A stretch of 64,000 bases of DNA from Fimbriimonadia bacterium. GTDB lineage: Bacteria; Armatimonadota; Fimbriimonadia; Fimbriimonadales; JABRVX01. Under the pieces are notes generated by a model that worked only from the letters and a program-made list of their open reading frames with translations, ran no database searches and had not been told where the DNA came from. The stretch spans positions 128,001 to 192,000 of the forward strand of contig JBGPGO010000004.1 in NCBI GenBank assembly GCA_041483895.1, read 5' to 3'. Shown in pieces: positions 10,303 through 21,306 of this stretch (positions within the stretch are counted from its first letter, which is position 1; each line of letters starts with the position of its first letter). A program made the position numbers and the translations under genes.

Positions 10303-10634
10303 TGCGGGTGCAAACAAGGTTGGAGCGGCTTGAACGCTCAGCCCGGGTTGCTTCCGGCGCGGAGCTGATCCCGATGCCGGACCTCGAGCGCTGGACTGAC
10401 GAGGAGTTGGAATCGTTGGCTTCGCTTCGCATACTTGACGACGATTGGTTGGATAGGCTCAGTGATGCGGACCTCGAGCGCATGGCGAGAGGGGAGCGTG
10501 TCCCAGGCTTCGATTACTCACGGCCACTTCCGAAAGCCGACCCAGAAGCATCGAAAGAGATGGACCGCATTTTGAGGCGCGTGGACGAGCGGCTAAGACG
10601 GGAAGACGCCAGGGGTGTGAAGTGCGAAGCCTGA
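10302..10634 (+). CDS. Hypothetical protein
   Basis: Coupled by TGATG. Starts with RLERLE and has WTDEELE/LSDADLE internal repeats. Confidence 0.7.
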   Translation: MRVQTRLERLERSARVASGAELIPMPDLERWTDEELESLASLRILDDDWLDRLSDADLERMARGERVPGFDYSRPLPKADPEASKEMDRILRRVDERLRREDARGVKCEA

Positions 10635-11230
10635 ACTCGTTGGAGCGCCAACTAAAGAAGATGGAAGCCAGGCTCCCGAAACCACGAGAGGAAAAGCCGT
10701 ACCATCCGGATCAGATCGCATTCATAGCATCTTGGAGCGCTTGCACGAAAGGACTCGTCACCTTCGACGTGGCCGCAAGAAGATTCGTAGATATTCGATT
10801 TGAGACGTTTGAGGCGGCGTGCGAACACTTCTGGGGAGAGCCGCACGTGGGGTGGGGCGGCAAAACAACTCCGCCGGCATTCGACTCGGCCGTGGCACGA
10901 AGGATCGCAACGCTGGCGGTGGGCTACGCTAGGGAAGTGGGCGAAAGAGCTCTCCGGGATGGATGCGGTGGGCCGACCGGCTGCTCCGAGGAATACGCCC
11001 TGCACCTGAGCCATCGATATCATGGCCAGAATTCGCTCTGCGCAGCGATGACCGACGGCATGGTCGGCATGCTATCGAATCCGAAGACTTTTCACCCGGA
11101 TCCCCGAATCCGCGAGCTCTCGGCACTTCTCCTGCCGCGCTATCCGAACGTATCTCTCGATGGGGAGCGAATGCATCCGGATCGCCGGGGCGAAGCCGCC
11201 GCCGGGAAGGAACATGACCGGTCCAACTGA
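10622..11230 (+). CDS. Hypothetical protein (paralog of 9739..10302)
   Basis: 202-aa ORF in the operon with the LERQLKKMEARLP and DPRIREL motifs. Confidence 0.7.
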   Translation: MRSLNSLERQLKKMEARLPKPREEKPYHPDQIAFIASWSACTKGLVTFDVAARRFVDIRFETFEAACEHFWGEPHVGWGGKTTPPAFDSAVARRIATLAVGYAREVGERALRDGCGGPTGCSEEYALHLSHRYHGQNSLCAAMTDGMVGMLSNPKTFHPDPRIRELSALLLPRYPNVSLDGERMHPDRRGEAAAGKEHDRSN

Positions 11231-11241
11231 AATGCTTCAGC

Positions 11242-11646
11242 ATGCGCACCACAATTTGCAGGCTAGCCGAATTTGAAACGACGTCGCCGCATGGGAATGC
11301 AGGGCTCGTGGGCTTCTTCAACCGGACGACTCCAAGCCGCTATCCTTCTCCGTTGCCTCCCATGGTGTTTGGGACCGAGATCGCCTACGAGCCAAGCGAA
11401 AGCGGTCGGACGGCCAAGGTCGAGGTGGTAGTGATCGATGAGGACGGCCATCGCGTCCTAACGATCACGAGAGATGTTGAGCTGTATCCAACAGGCGACG
11501 GATCGGAAGGGCGGGCATGGATAAGTCACACCTTCGGGACTGATGAACCGCCGGTCATCCCTGGTCCTGGCGAATACCGGTTCGACGTTCTCGTTGACGG
11601 CCACCTTGTTGCGTACGACCGACTGGTTTTCGCCAGCTTGGCCTAG
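11242..11646 (+). CDS. Hypothetical beta-sandwich protein (DUF6941-like)
   Basis: 134-aa ORF with a GLVGFFN...YP...PGEYRFDVLVDG pattern. Confidence 0.55.
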   Translation: MRTTICRLAEFETTSPHGNAGLVGFFNRTTPSRYPSPLPPMVFGTEIAYEPSESGRTAKVEVVVIDEDGHRVLTITRDVELYPTGDGSEGRAWISHTFGTDEPPVIPGPGEYRFDVLVDGHLVAYDRLVFASLA

Positions 11647-11759
11647 CTCTGCGAGGAACACCCAGGAAGCGCCCAAAACGCGCGCCGTGGCGCGACGGTC
11701 GGCATTTGTGCGCCACTCGTCCCAAGCTAGTCCTATGGGCCACTGACCACCTCCAAACA

Positions 11760-11787
11760 CCTATCGATAATGGTTCTTTTCGATAGG
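11760..11787 (+). repeat. Putative tyrosine-recombinase site 1 (11-6-11)
   Basis: CCTATCGATAA TGGTTC TTTTCGATAGG. Confidence 0.8.
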
Positions 11788-11826
11788 TCATCGCTCCAGT
11801 GAGCCCATTCTAGGCGTGGTCACCAA

Positions 11827-11895
11827 TTCTTGATGCAGTCTTGATACTTCCGGACTGATTGTTGATGCCTTCTTGTCGCAGTGCGACCGTACAAT
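11827..11895 (+). promoter_or_regulatory. kdp promoter region with putative KdpE direct repeats and a -10 box
   Basis: TCTTGATGCAG-TCTTGATAC (11-bp period) and GTTGATGCCTTCTTG. TACAAT at 11890-11895 lies 6 nt before an ATG. Confidence 0.55.
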
Positions 11896-11901
11896 TCAAT
11901 C

Positions 11902-11988
11902 ATGGAATTGGCCATCGTCGTCCTCATGATCATGCTCTTGGCCGCGTCTTACGGTCTGGTATGGCTGTGTGGCCGGTTGGAGGAATAG
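11902..11988 (+). CDS. Small hydrophobic peptide upstream of kdpF
   Basis: MELAIVVLMIMLLAASYGLVWLCGRLEE, 28 aa, single TM. Its 3' end contains the kdpF RBS (GGAGGA). Confidence 0.7.
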   Translation: MELAIVVLMIMLLAASYGLVWLCGRLEE

Positions 11989-11990
11989 AC

Positions 11991-12071
11991 ATGTACTGGG
12001 TCGCCGGTATATTGACCTTGCTGCTGTTGGGCTATCTGATCGAAGCCATGCTGGAACCGGAGCGATTCTGA
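11991..12071 (+). CDS. kdpF: K+-transporting ATPase subunit F
   Basis: MYWVAGILTLLLLGYLIEAMLEPERF, with the YL..A.L.PERF signature, coupled to kdpA. Confidence 0.9.
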   Translation: MYWVAGILTLLLLGYLIEAMLEPERF

Positions 12072-13768
12072 TGTCATCGGACTGGCTTCAAATCGCGATA
12101 TATGTCGTCCTGCTGATGATTCTCGCTGTGCCCCTTGGCGCCTATATGGCAAAGGTGCTCGAAGATCAGCGCACCTTTCTTTCTCCGGTGTTCGGCCCGA
12201 TCGAGCGGGTGCTCTATCGCCTGGGCGCAATCTCGCCGGAAGAGGGCATGGATTGGAAGACCTACGCGAAGGCTGTTCTTGCCTTCAGTTTCATCGGACT
12301 GGTGGTCGTCTACCTGCTGCAGCGGCTGCAGGGCAACCTGCCACTCAATCCCGCCAGACTTGGCCCCGTATCTCCTGACCTGTCCTTCAACACCGCGTCC
12401 AGCTTCGCAACGAATACGAATTGGCAGAGCTATGGGGGAGAAACGACCCTCAGCTATTTCACCCAGATGGTGGCGCTCACCGTTCAGAATTTCGTCAGCG
12501 CCGCAACCGGCATCGCGGTCTTGGCCGCGCTGATTCGCGGCATTCGCGGCAAGCAGATCCAGGCGATCGGCAACTTTTGGGCCGACCTAACGAGATCGAC
12601 AATTTACATCCTGTTACCGCTCGCAATACTCCTAAGCATTGTGTTCGTGTCCCAGGGGGTGGTTCAGACCTTCGATCCGTACGTCAAGGCGCTGACCCTG
12701 GAGGGCAAAGAGCAGGTGATTGCCGTCGGACCGGCCGCTTCCCAAATCGCCATCAAGCAACTAGGAACCAACGGCGGAGGGTTCTTCAATGTCAATTCGG
12801 CGCACCCATTTGAGAACCCAACACCTCTGACCAACCTTCTCAGCTGTCTCGCCATCCTATTGATCGGGGCGGGGGTCTGCCACACCTACGGGATCATGGT
12901 AAAGGATAGTCGACAGGGGTGGGCGCTCTTGACAGCGATGACAATACTCTTCCTACTCTTCGTCATCCCGTGCACCCGCGCGGAGCAGTCCGGCAATCCA
13001 CTGTTCGCCAAACTGGGCCTTGCCTCGACCGAGAACTGGGAGGGCAAAGAGGCGCGAATCGGAATCGGCAACTCTACCCTATGGGCGGTGGCCACTACCA
13101 GCGCGAGCAACGGTTCCGTCAACTCCATGCACGATTCGTACACCCCGTTGGGTGGCATGTTCCCAATGATCCTGATCCAGCTAGGGGAGGTGGTTTTTGG
13201 TGGCGTTGGGTCGGGCCTGTATGGAATGCTGATCTTCGCCGTAGTTGCCGTGTTCGTCGCGGGCTTGATGGTCGGACGTACGCCGGAATACCTCGGGAAG
13301 AAGATCGAGGCGTACGAGATGAAAATGGCGTCCGTGGTCATCCTAATCCCATGCGCGCTTGTGTTGCTCGGGACAGCCATCCCTCTCATGGCCGGCACGG
13401 GTCAATCCAGCATGGCAAATCCGGGCGCGCACGGTTTCAGCGAACTGCTCTACAACTATTCGAGCATGGGCAACAACAACGGTTCCGCCTTCGGCGGATT
13501 CAACGCGAACGTGCCGTTCCATAACATTCTGGGTGGAGTCGTCATGTGGATCAGCCGATTCTGGATCACCGTTCCCATTTTGGCCATAGCCGGATCGTTG
13601 GCAAGAAAGAAGACCACTCCTTCCGGTCCTGGCACCCTCGCAACACACTCGCCGCTTTTTATAACGCTCCTGATCTCGATTGTGTTGATCGTGGGAGCCT
13701 TGACCTTCATCCCTGCACTTGCGTTGGGTCCGATTGCGGAGCAGATAACTTATGCTACACAAAACTAA
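12071..13768 (+). CDS. kdpA: K+-transporting ATPase subunit A
   Basis: [34 protein letters not shown] and NNNGSAFGG selectivity motifs. Start MSSDWLQ via TGATG. Confidence 0.97.
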   Translation: MSSDWLQIAIYVVLLMILAVPLGAYMAKVLEDQRTFLSPVFGPIERVLYRLGAISPEEGMDWKTYAKAVLAFSFIGLVVVYLLQRLQGNLPLNPARLGPVSPDLSFNTASSFATNTNWQSYGGETTLSYFTQMVALTVQNFVSAATGIAVLAALIRGIRGKQIQAIGNFWADLTRSTIYILLPLAILLSIVFVSQGVVQTFDPYVKALTLEGKEQVIAVGPAASQIAIKQLGTNGGGFFNVNSAHPFENPTPLTNLLSCLAILLIGAGVCHTYGIMVKDSRQGWALLTAMTILFLLFVIPCTRAEQSGNPLFAKLGLASTENWEGKEARIGIGNSTLWAVATTSASNGSVNSMHDSYTPLGGMFPMILIQLGEVVFGGVGSGLYGMLIFAVVAVFVAGLMVGRTPEYLGKKIEAYEMKMASVVILIPCALVLLGTAIPLMAGTGQSSMANPGAHGFSELLYNYSSMGNNNGSAFGGFNANVPFHNILGGVVMWISRFWITVPILAIAGSLARKKTTPSGPGTLATHSPLFITLLISIVLIVGALTFIPALALGPIAEQITYATQN

Positions 13769-15821
13769 GGCGACGTCACTCTTCGAACTGTCGATTGTAC
13801 GACGAGCGGTCGGCGACTCGTTCAGGAAGCTCAACCCACGGTTGCAACTTCGAAATCCGGTCATGTTCGTCGTATACATCGCCTCGATCCTGACGACAGT
13901 CCTGTGGCTCCAATCGCTGGGCGGAAGCGGAGAGGCTTCGCCAGCGTTCATCCTATGGATATCGATCTGGCTCTGGTTCACGGTCCTCTTTGCCAACTTC
14001 GCGGAGGCGGTCGCCGAAGGGCGCGGCAAGGCGCAAGCTGACTCACTTCGTCAGGCACGGAAGGGCCTTACCGCCAAGAAACTTGACAAGCCCAGTCGCG
14101 ATTCCGAATGGACCGCGGTGGATGCATCCACGCTTCGGCGCGGAGATATCGTTCTGGCTGAAGCAGGCGACTTCATTCCTGGAGATGGCGACGTGATCGA
14201 AGGCGCAGCTTCTATCGATGAGAGTGCAATCACAGGAGAATCGGCCCCAGTTATCCGAGAATCAGGCGGGGATCGCAGCGCGGTTACTGGCGGAACGAGA
14301 GTGTTAAGCGATTGGGTCATCGTTCGCACGTCCGCCAATCCTGGAGAAAGTTTTTTAGACCGCATGATCGGCATGGTGGAAGGAGCGAAGAGGCAGAAGA
14401 CTCCGAACGAAATCGCGCTAAGCATCTTGCTTGCGGCGATGACGATCATCTTCCTACTCGCATGCGCCACCCTGCTGCCATTCTCGATATACGCCGCGAA
14501 CTCCGCCGGTCAGGGGAGCCCAATAACGGTCACCACACTGGTCGCGCTGCTCGTCTGCCTGATCCCGACCACGATTGGTGGTCTCTTGAGCGCGATCGGG
14601 ATCGCGGGTATGGACCGGCTGATGCGTAAGAACGTCATCGCGATGTCCGGCCGATCCGTGGAGGCGGCGGGTGACGTGAATGTGCTGCTGCTCGACAAAA
14701 CCGGGACCATCACGCTCGGAAATCGCCACGCCGTCGCTTTCCGATCCGCACCAGGAGTCGAGGAAAAGGAACTCGCTGAGGCGGCGCAGATGTCGTCCCT
14801 AGCGGATGAGACGCCGGAGGGCCGCAGCATCGTGGTCCTTGCCAAGGAGCAGTTCGGGATTCGCGAGGTCGACATTCAGGGGCTCGAGGCTCACTTTCAA
14901 CCGTTTTCCGCCCAGACGCGAATGAGCGGTATCAGCACGAACGGCCGTGAAATTCGCAAAGGCGCGGCGGATGCGGTCTGGAAGTGGGTTGAGGAATTGG
15001 GTGGCCACATGCCTCATCAGGTGGAAGCGGATATAGAGGACATCGCCAAAGAGGGTGGCACGCCGCTGGTCGTCGCGGAAAGGTCTCGCATCCTGGGCGT
15101 CGTCCATCTCAAGGATATCATCAAGGGTGGCATCAAGGATCGGTTCGCCGACCTGCGAAACATGGGCATTCGGACCGTGATGATCACGGGTGATAATCCG
15201 CTTACGGCCGCGTCTATCGCAGCGGAGGCTGGTGTGGACGACTTCCTTGCAGAGGCGACACCGGAAGCCAAGCTCCAACTGATTCGGGAATATCAGCAGG
15301 GCGGCCAACTGGTTGCGATGACCGGGGACGGCACCAATGATGCCCCTGCGTTGGCGCAGGCGGATGTCGCGGTTGCGATGAATACAGGTACGCAGGCTGC
15401 CAAAGAGGCGGGCAACATGGTTGACCTGGATAGCAATCCGACGAAGCTGATCGAGATTGTCGAGACCGGCAAGCAGCTCTTGATGACGCGTGGCGCGCTG
15501 ACGACATTCAGCATCGCCAATGATGTCGCCAAGTATTTCGCGATCATTCCGGCTGCCTTTGCGGGCATCTATCCGAAACTCGTGTTGCTTAATGTCATGG
15601 GCCTGAAGACGCCGGAAAGCGCGATTCTGTCGGCGGTCATTTTCAACGCCCTCATAATCATCGCGCTCATTCCTCTGGCGCTACGAGGCGTGGCGTATCG
15701 GCCAGTCGGTGCGGAAGCCGTCCTGCGGCGCAATCTGCTGGTCTACGGCGTTGGGGGCCTCCTCATCCCCTTTATCGGGATTAAGGCGGTCGACCTCATT
15801 CTAGGAGTATTCTATCGATGA
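13752..15821 (+). CDS. kdpB: K+-transporting ATPase subunit B
   Basis: TGES, DKTGT, TGDN, GDGTND and CLIPTT motifs. Confidence 0.98.
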   Translation: MLHKTKATSLFELSIVRRAVGDSFRKLNPRLQLRNPVMFVVYIASILTTVLWLQSLGGSGEASPAFILWISIWLWFTVLFANFAEAVAEGRGKAQADSLRQARKGLTAKKLDKPSRDSEWTAVDASTLRRGDIVLAEAGDFIPGDGDVIEGAASIDESAITGESAPVIRESGGDRSAVTGGTRVLSDWVIVRTSANPGESFLDRMIGMVEGAKRQKTPNEIALSILLAAMTIIFLLACATLLPFSIYAANSAGQGSPITVTTLVALLVCLIPTTIGGLLSAIGIAGMDRLMRKNVIAMSGRSVEAAGDVNVLLLDKTGTITLGNRHAVAFRSAPGVEEKELAEAAQMSSLADETPEGRSIVVLAKEQFGIREVDIQGLEAHFQPFSAQTRMSGISTNGREIRKGAADAVWKWVEELGGHMPHQVEADIEDIAKEGGTPLVVAERSRILGVVHLKDIIKGGIKDRFADLRNMGIRTVMITGDNPLTAASIAAEAGVDDFLAEATPEAKLQLIREYQQGGQLVAMTGDGTNDAPALAQADVAVAMNTGTQAAKEAGNMVDLDSNPTKLIEIVETGKQLLMTRGALTTFSIANDVAKYFAIIPAAFAGIYPKLVLLNVMGLKTPESAILSAVIFNALIIIALIPLALRGVAYRPVGAEAVLRRNLLVYGVGGLLIPFIGIKAVDLILGVFYR

Positions 15822-16393
15822 AGACGTTGCGACAGGCGTTCATGCTATTCCTCGGCCTGACTATCCTAACCGGACTCGTCTATCCGCTCGCGATCACCCT
15901 GATCGCTAAGGGCGTTTTTCCAAGCCAAGCTGATGGGAGCCTCATTCGCCAAGGCGATCGGATCGTGGGATCGCGGCTGATCGGTCAGGAGTTCACGCAG
16001 TCCGGCTACTTTTGGGGCCGCCCCTCCGCGACGGCGGAGCACGCCTACAATGCGGCCGCCTCCAGTGGATCCAACCAAGGGCCGAACCATCCGGACTTCG
16101 AGAAGGCACTGCGCGAGCGCATCGATGTGCTCCGCCGAGCCGATCCTGGCAACCGAGCCAAAATCCCGACCGAACTGGTCACGGCATCCGGCAGTGGGCT
16201 CGACCCGCACATCAGCGTAGCTTCCGCCGAGTACCAGATCGGGCGAGTCTCGCGAGCACGGGGGATGTCCGATCAATTGCTGCGAAAGCTCATTGCGGAT
16301 CACACAGAGGGTCGCCAGTTCGGAGTTCTCGGTGAGCCTGTGGTCAACGTTTTGAAACTGAATCTCGCTCTTGATAAGATGGAGACGCGCTGA
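15818..16393 (+). CDS. kdpC: K+-transporting ATPase subunit C
   Basis: [15 protein letters not shown] and [11 protein letters not shown] motifs. Confidence 0.96.
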   Translation: MKTLRQAFMLFLGLTILTGLVYPLAITLIAKGVFPSQADGSLIRQGDRIVGSRLIGQEFTQSGYFWGRPSATAEHAYNAAASSGSNQGPNHPDFEKALRERIDVLRRADPGNRAKIPTELVTASGSGLDPHISVASAEYQIGRVSRARGMSDQLLRKLIADHTEGRQFGVLGEPVVNVLKLNLALDKMETR

Positions 16394-17424
16394 TGATTGT
16401 TATTGCAATTGGACAGGGATTGTTAAGCATTACGGCGTATCTGGATGCGTATTATCAGGTTGAGCCCCGAACGGCGGAGTACGGAAACCTGATCCCGTTG
16501 CGCCAATTCGACACAAAGAACCGGGAATTCCGAGTTGCCGCGGCACAGGTGGACATCAACTACAAGCAGGGCAATTTCGCTGCCTTGGTTTCGCCCTGGA
16601 TCGGCGATAATTCAGACGTTTTGGAGCGAACAAATCCGAAGCATAACGACGTGCTCGATCATTTCGCGCAAGCCTACGTTACCGTCGAGCGCTTGGATGT
16701 TGGAAAGTTCTATTCCTGGTGCGGCTACGAAAGCCCTGAGTCAAGGCTCAGCGATTGCTACAGCCGTGGCCTTCTGTACACCCTCGCGGAGCCGGTGTGG
16801 CATTTTGGCCTGCGATATGCGTGGAATCTCAATCCAGGTTGGAACGGGAGCTTTTATCTCGTTCCTGCCTGGAACCAATCTGAGAGTCCAACAGAATCGG
16901 TGGGAGCCGCGGCGCAAATTCATAGGAAGTTTGGGTCCGCCACAGATGTCACGATTGGATACATGCGCAGTGAAGAAGGCGACAGCTCCCCAAATGCGTT
17001 CGGCGGATACGGTGGCATCGGATTCCCGAAGCCGGGGTCGTCAAGAGTCGGCATGTTCGATCTGATCGCCACGCATGTTGCTTCGAAATCGCTGCGGCTG
17101 GTCTTCAATGCCGACTACGGCATGGCTTCCGAGGGCGCAAATAGCGGCGTTTGGCTGGGAGCGGCGGCGTATGCAATCTATACGACCGCCGATAAATGGC
17201 AGATCGTCGGCCGCGCCGAGAGCTTCGCGGATCGGAGCGGCAATCGGGTCGGCGTACCGGCGTCTCTGTTCGAGGTCACTCTTACAGTGTCCCACAATAG
17301 CGACGGCATCATCAAGCGCCTGGAGATCCGCCACGACCGGGCCAACCATGGCCTGTTCGCCGGCGAAGACCATCAGACGACGGTGAGCCTCAGTCTGGGA
17401 GTGACATGGCAAGCGTTGCGATGA
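16393..17424 (+). CDS. Putative outer-membrane beta-barrel porin in the kdp operon
   Basis: LDAYYQ, QAYV, DVGKFYS..GYE and LEIRHD patterns with alternating beta strands. Coupled to kdpC. Confidence 0.7.
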   Translation: MIVIAIGQGLLSITAYLDAYYQVEPRTAEYGNLIPLRQFDTKNREFRVAAAQVDINYKQGNFAALVSPWIGDNSDVLERTNPKHNDVLDHFAQAYVTVERLDVGKFYSWCGYESPESRLSDCYSRGLLYTLAEPVWHFGLRYAWNLNPGWNGSFYLVPAWNQSESPTESVGAAAQIHRKFGSATDVTIGYMRSEEGDSSPNAFGGYGGIGFPKPGSSRVGMFDLIATHVASKSLRLVFNADYGMASEGANSGVWLGAAAYAIYTTADKWQIVGRAESFADRSGNRVGVPASLFEVTLTVSHNSDGIIKRLEIRHDRANHGLFAGEDHQTTVSLSLGVTWQALR

Positions 17425-17843
17425 CTTCAGATCATTCGGCTCTTTTGGAACCCGTCAAGGTAATTACCTTTCGAATGCTATCCCATAACGCCATCATCGC
17501 CGTGCTCGATGCGGCCCGCAAGACCAGTACTGCGGTCGCGCTTGCGGTCATCGCCGATGACGCCGAAGCAATGCCGCTCAAACAGGCCTGGCGGGAACAT
17601 GTGGACCCCGTGGCGCCGGCGGTCCCGCTCTTCTTGCTGCACGCCAACCCCGACCGGGCCCAAGAGCGCACCGCGGAATATCTCGTGGAACTTCGGCATG
17701 TCTACCCTCGCCGGGAGATTGAAATCATCGTCGTCGCGAGCGGCATATCGAAAAACGAGGGCGTTGTTCCAAAATGGGTCAAGCAGCTTGACAAGGCTAT
17801 AGACGCACATGGAATTACCGACTACATTCTTCGCTTGGTGTAA
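17421..17843 (+). CDS. Small soluble protein, possibly related to the C-terminal domain of KimA/YdaO-type K+ transporters
   Basis: LKQAWREHV...VPLFLL...EYLVEL...IEIIVV pattern; lies between the porin and kdpD. Confidence 0.5.
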   Translation: MTSDHSALLEPVKVITFRMLSHNAIIAVLDAARKTSTAVALAVIADDAEAMPLKQAWREHVDPVAPAVPLFLLHANPDRAQERTAEYLVELRHVYPRREIEIIVVASGISKNEGVVPKWVKQLDKAIDAHGITDYILRLV

Positions 17844-17846
17844 CAA

Positions 17847-20513
17847 GTGACCGATAGAAGACCGGACCCGGATGCCCTGATTGTGGAACTTCGCACGAAA
17901 GAGGCGACGCCCGGTCATGGTCGTTTGAAGGTCTATTTGGGGATGGCGGCGGGTGTGGGGAAGACCTATGGAATGCTCGCCGACGCGCAAGAAGCAAGGC
18001 GGCGGGGACTGGATGTGGCGATCGGGTACCTAGAACCTCATGGCCGCCAGGCGACCGAAGCGCTCGCAGCAGGATTGGAACGCATCCTGCCGGTAGAGGT
18101 CGAGCATCGGGGCCTGATGCTCAAGGAATTGGATTTGGATGCGGCGCTTAAGCGACGGCCTGAATTGATGCTCGTCGACGAACTTGCCCACACCAATGCG
18201 CCGGGAATGCGGCACAAGAGGCGCTGGCAAGACGTGGAAGAGCTCTTGCGGAGCGGGATCGATGTCGCAACCACCGTCAACATCCAGCATTTGGAAAGCC
18301 TGCGAGATGTCGTCGCTCAGATTACCGGGATATTCGTCCAAGAGACAGTGCCTGACTCTCTCATCAATTCTGCCGATCAGATTGAGCTGGTGGACCTGCC
18401 GCCCGAAGACCTGATCCGACGGATCGAGGAAGGCAAGGTCTACGTTCCTGAGAAGGTCCAGATCGCGTTGGAAGGGTTTTTTAGGGCTGGAAACCTATCC
18501 GCACTAAGGGAGCTGGCTCTTCGCAGGACAGCGGAGCACGTCGACGAGCAAATGCGCGGATTCCGCCAAGCTGCCACGGAACCTTGGCACACGACAGAAC
18601 GGATTATCGTCTCCGTCGCTCCCAATCGGCTTGCTGCTCGCGTAGTCCGCGCCGCTGCCCGAATGGCGAACAGCATCCATGCCGATCTGATTGCTGTTTT
18701 CGTGGAAAGTCATCGCCAGGCGACCGTCACAACACGAGGCCGTGATCTGGCGGCCGACGCCTTGCGGTTAGCCGAGTCTCTCGGCGCGGAGACGGTGATC
18801 CTGAGCGGAGAGGATATTGTGCAGGAGTTGATTCGCCTGGCGAGAAAACGGAATGCTCCCACTATCGTCGTCGGCAAGCCGATCCGCCCGCGTTGGCGAG
18901 AGATCATCTTTGGCTCTGTTGTAGACGAACTGATCCGAGAAAGCGGCGACATCAATGTCTTCGTCATTACGGGAGCGGCAGAGACCGGAACGATTCTTCG
19001 CGTCGCACCACCGCCAAAGCCTGGTGATATCAAGACTTTCGGCGCGACAATCGGGATTGTCGGTTTCTGTACAATCCTGGTCGCCATGCTCTATCCCTAC
19101 TTCGCCCCGGCCAATCTCTCCATGATCTACCTGCTTGGCGTTACGATGACAGCCGCTCGTTATGGGCAGCGGGAAGCGGTGCTCGCCTCGCTGCTCAGCG
19201 TCTTCGCATTCGATGTCTTGTTCGTGCCGCCGAGATGGACGCTGGCCGTCACCGACGTGCAATATGTGATGCTGTTTGTCGTGATGCTGATTGTATCACT
19301 GCTGATCAGCACCCTAACGGCTCGCCTGAGAATGCAATCGCAAGCAGCTTCCGAAAGAGAACGCAGGACGGCCGCGCTCTATGATCTGAGCCGCCGCTTG
19401 GCCGCCACGCGGGGAAGAAAGGACTTGGGGCAGGCGACTGTCGAAAAAGTGCGGGAGCTGTTCGATTGCGATGCATGTGTCCTCTTAAGCGATTTGGAGT
19501 CGCATGAATTGCAGCCGATGCCGGGTTCGCTGACCGGATTTGAGCAGTTGGCGAACGAAACTTTGGTCGCCCGCTGGGTGGCCGATCACATGACGCGAGC
19601 CGGTCATGGAACCGATACTTTGGCCGGCGCCGCGGCAACCTATTTCCCATTGGTTGCCGATGAAAACAGTGTCGGTGTTCTTGCAGTCGCCCTCAACGAA
19701 GCTCTTCTGCAAGACCAGGCCTCTATCCACCTGCTCGAGACTTTCGCCAGCCAACTCGCGACCGCAATCCATCGGGCGAATTTGGCAAAGCACTCTCATG
19801 TCGCAGCGCTGCAAGCGGAAACCGAACGGCTTCGGTCCAGCCTGCTCAGCAGCGTATCCCATGACCTTCGGACGCCGCTGGCCGTGATCGAAGGATCCGC
19901 GGAATCTCTCATGTCGAGCGAAAATACGGACGATAAGCAGCGAGGTCTGGCCGCGGCGATTCGAGATGAGGCACGGCGCCTCGGTCGGTTGGTCCGAAAT
20001 CTATTGGATATGACCCGAATGGACTCGGGGGCGGTCGAATTGAATCGGGATTGGCAGTCCCTCGAGGAGTTGGTCGGGGCGGCCCTCAGTCGTACGGAGC
20101 CGGTCCTGGGAGACCGCAATGTAATCGTCCATCTTGCGGAAGAATTGCCGTTGGTGTATGTGGATGGTGTCCTGTTGGAACAGTTGCTCGTGAACCTGTT
20201 GGAAAACGCGAGCCGGTACACGCCTCCGGGAACTAGAATCACGATTTCCGCGGAAAGCCATGAATCGACAATACGGGTCACAGTCGCCAATAATGGACCT
20301 CCACTTGCCTCGGGTGAAGAGGATGCGATCTTCCAGAGGTTTCATCGCAAGGCGACCGACGGCGATCGGGGATTCGGGCTCGGATTGGCCATCTGCCGCG
20401 CGATTGCGGAAGCGCACGGTGGGACGATCATTGGTCGGAACGTTGAGACCGGTGTCGAGTTTGTCATCACGTTGCCGTTGCCGAAGGCTCAGCCGGAAGT
20501 ACGAGATGAGTGA
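17847..20513 (+). CDS. kdpD: Sensor histidine kinase KdpD
   Basis: GMAAGVGKTY, VDELAHTN, a Usp-like region, 4 TM segments, SHDLRTPL and GFGLGL. Confidence 0.97.
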   Translation: MTDRRPDPDALIVELRTKEATPGHGRLKVYLGMAAGVGKTYGMLADAQEARRRGLDVAIGYLEPHGRQATEALAAGLERILPVEVEHRGLMLKELDLDAALKRRPELMLVDELAHTNAPGMRHKRRWQDVEELLRSGIDVATTVNIQHLESLRDVVAQITGIFVQETVPDSLINSADQIELVDLPPEDLIRRIEEGKVYVPEKVQIALEGFFRAGNLSALRELALRRTAEHVDEQMRGFRQAATEPWHTTERIIVSVAPNRLAARVVRAAARMANSIHADLIAVFVESHRQATVTTRGRDLAADALRLAESLGAETVILSGEDIVQELIRLARKRNAPTIVVGKPIRPRWREIIFGSVVDELIRESGDINVFVITGAAETGTILRVAPPPKPGDIKTFGATIGIVGFCTILVAMLYPYFAPANLSMIYLLGVTMTAARYGQREAVLASLLSVFAFDVLFVPPRWTLAVTDVQYVMLFVVMLIVSLLISTLTARLRMQSQAASERERRTAALYDLSRRLAATRGRKDLGQATVEKVRELFDCDACVLLSDLESHELQPMPGSLTGFEQLANETLVARWVADHMTRAGHGTDTLAGAAATYFPLVADENSVGVLAVALNEALLQDQASIHLLETFASQLATAIHRANLAKHSHVAALQAETERLRSSLLSSVSHDLRTPLAVIEGSAESLMSSENTDDKQRGLAAAIRDEARRLGRLVRNLLDMTRMDSGAVELNRDWQSLEELVGAALSRTEPVLGDRNVIVHLAEELPLVYVDGVLLEQLLVNLLENASRYTPPGTRITISAESHESTIRVTVANNGPPLASGEEDAIFQRFHRKATDGDRGFGLGLAICRAIAEAHGGTIIGRNVETGVEFVITLPLPKAQPEVRDE

Positions 20514-21198
20514 TCGCATGACGATTGCCATCATCGACGACGAGCTGCCCATGCGGCGTCTCCTTCGGGCGGGGCTTGCGGACGGAGTCCGCCTGGTAGA
20601 AGCCGAAACCGGCGAGGCGGGAATCGGATTGGTGGCGCAGGAGAATCCGGATGTCGTTTTGCTGGATTTGGGGCTGCCGGATATCGATGGAATCGAGGTT
20701 GCAAAGCGCATCCGCGAGTGGACCGATGTGCCCATCATTGTCCTCTCCGCCCGCGGGCAGGAGCGTGACAAGATCGCCGCGCTAGATGCCGGTGCGGACG
20801 ACTATCTCACAAAGCCGTTTGGCATCGGGGAGCTGCAGGCGCGGATTCGGGTCACGTTGCGCCACGCGGAACGCGCAAAGGGGCCGAATCCAGAAGCGCT
20901 ATTTGAATCGGAAGGACTTCGCATCGATCTAAGCGCGCGACAAGTGTTTGTTGAAGACTCCGAGATCCATCTAACCCCGATCGAGTACAAACTGCTGTCG
21001 ACATTGGTGCGGCATGCGGGACTGGTCGTTACTCACAAGCAATTGCTGACGGAAGTCTGGGGGCCGGCCTATGCTTATGAGGTGCACTACCTGCGGGTAT
21101 ACATGGCCCAACTCCGCCACAAAATCGAGAGCAATCCCGCACAGCCGCGCTATCTGACCACAGAAACTGGGATCGGGTATCGCCTGCGCTTCACGTAG
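20506..21198 (+). CDS. kdpE: Response regulator KdpE
   Basis: LLDLGLPD, GADDYLTKPF and HYLRVYMAQLRHK...TETGIGYR. Confidence 0.95.
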   Translation: MSDRMTIAIIDDELPMRRLLRAGLADGVRLVEAETGEAGIGLVAQENPDVVLLDLGLPDIDGIEVAKRIREWTDVPIIVLSARGQERDKIAALDAGADDYLTKPFGIGELQARIRVTLRHAERAKGPNPEALFESEGLRIDLSARQVFVEDSEIHLTPIEYKLLSTLVRHAGLVVTHKQLLTEVWGPAYAYEVHYLRVYMAQLRHKIESNPAQPRYLTTETGIGYRLRFT

Positions 21199-21230
21199 AC
21201 AGTTTGGATGAGGTCGGCGCGAGGCGCTAC

Positions 21231-21258
21231 GGTATCGATAATGGCGATTTTCGATAGG
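21231..21258 (+). repeat. Putative tyrosine-recombinase site 2 (11-6-11)
   Basis: GGTATCGATAA TGGCGA TTTTCGATAGG. Confidence 0.8.
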
Positions 21259-21306
21259 AAATTAGTTCAAGTGACGCGACAAGAGTCTCCGCAATTTCGT
21301 AATTTG

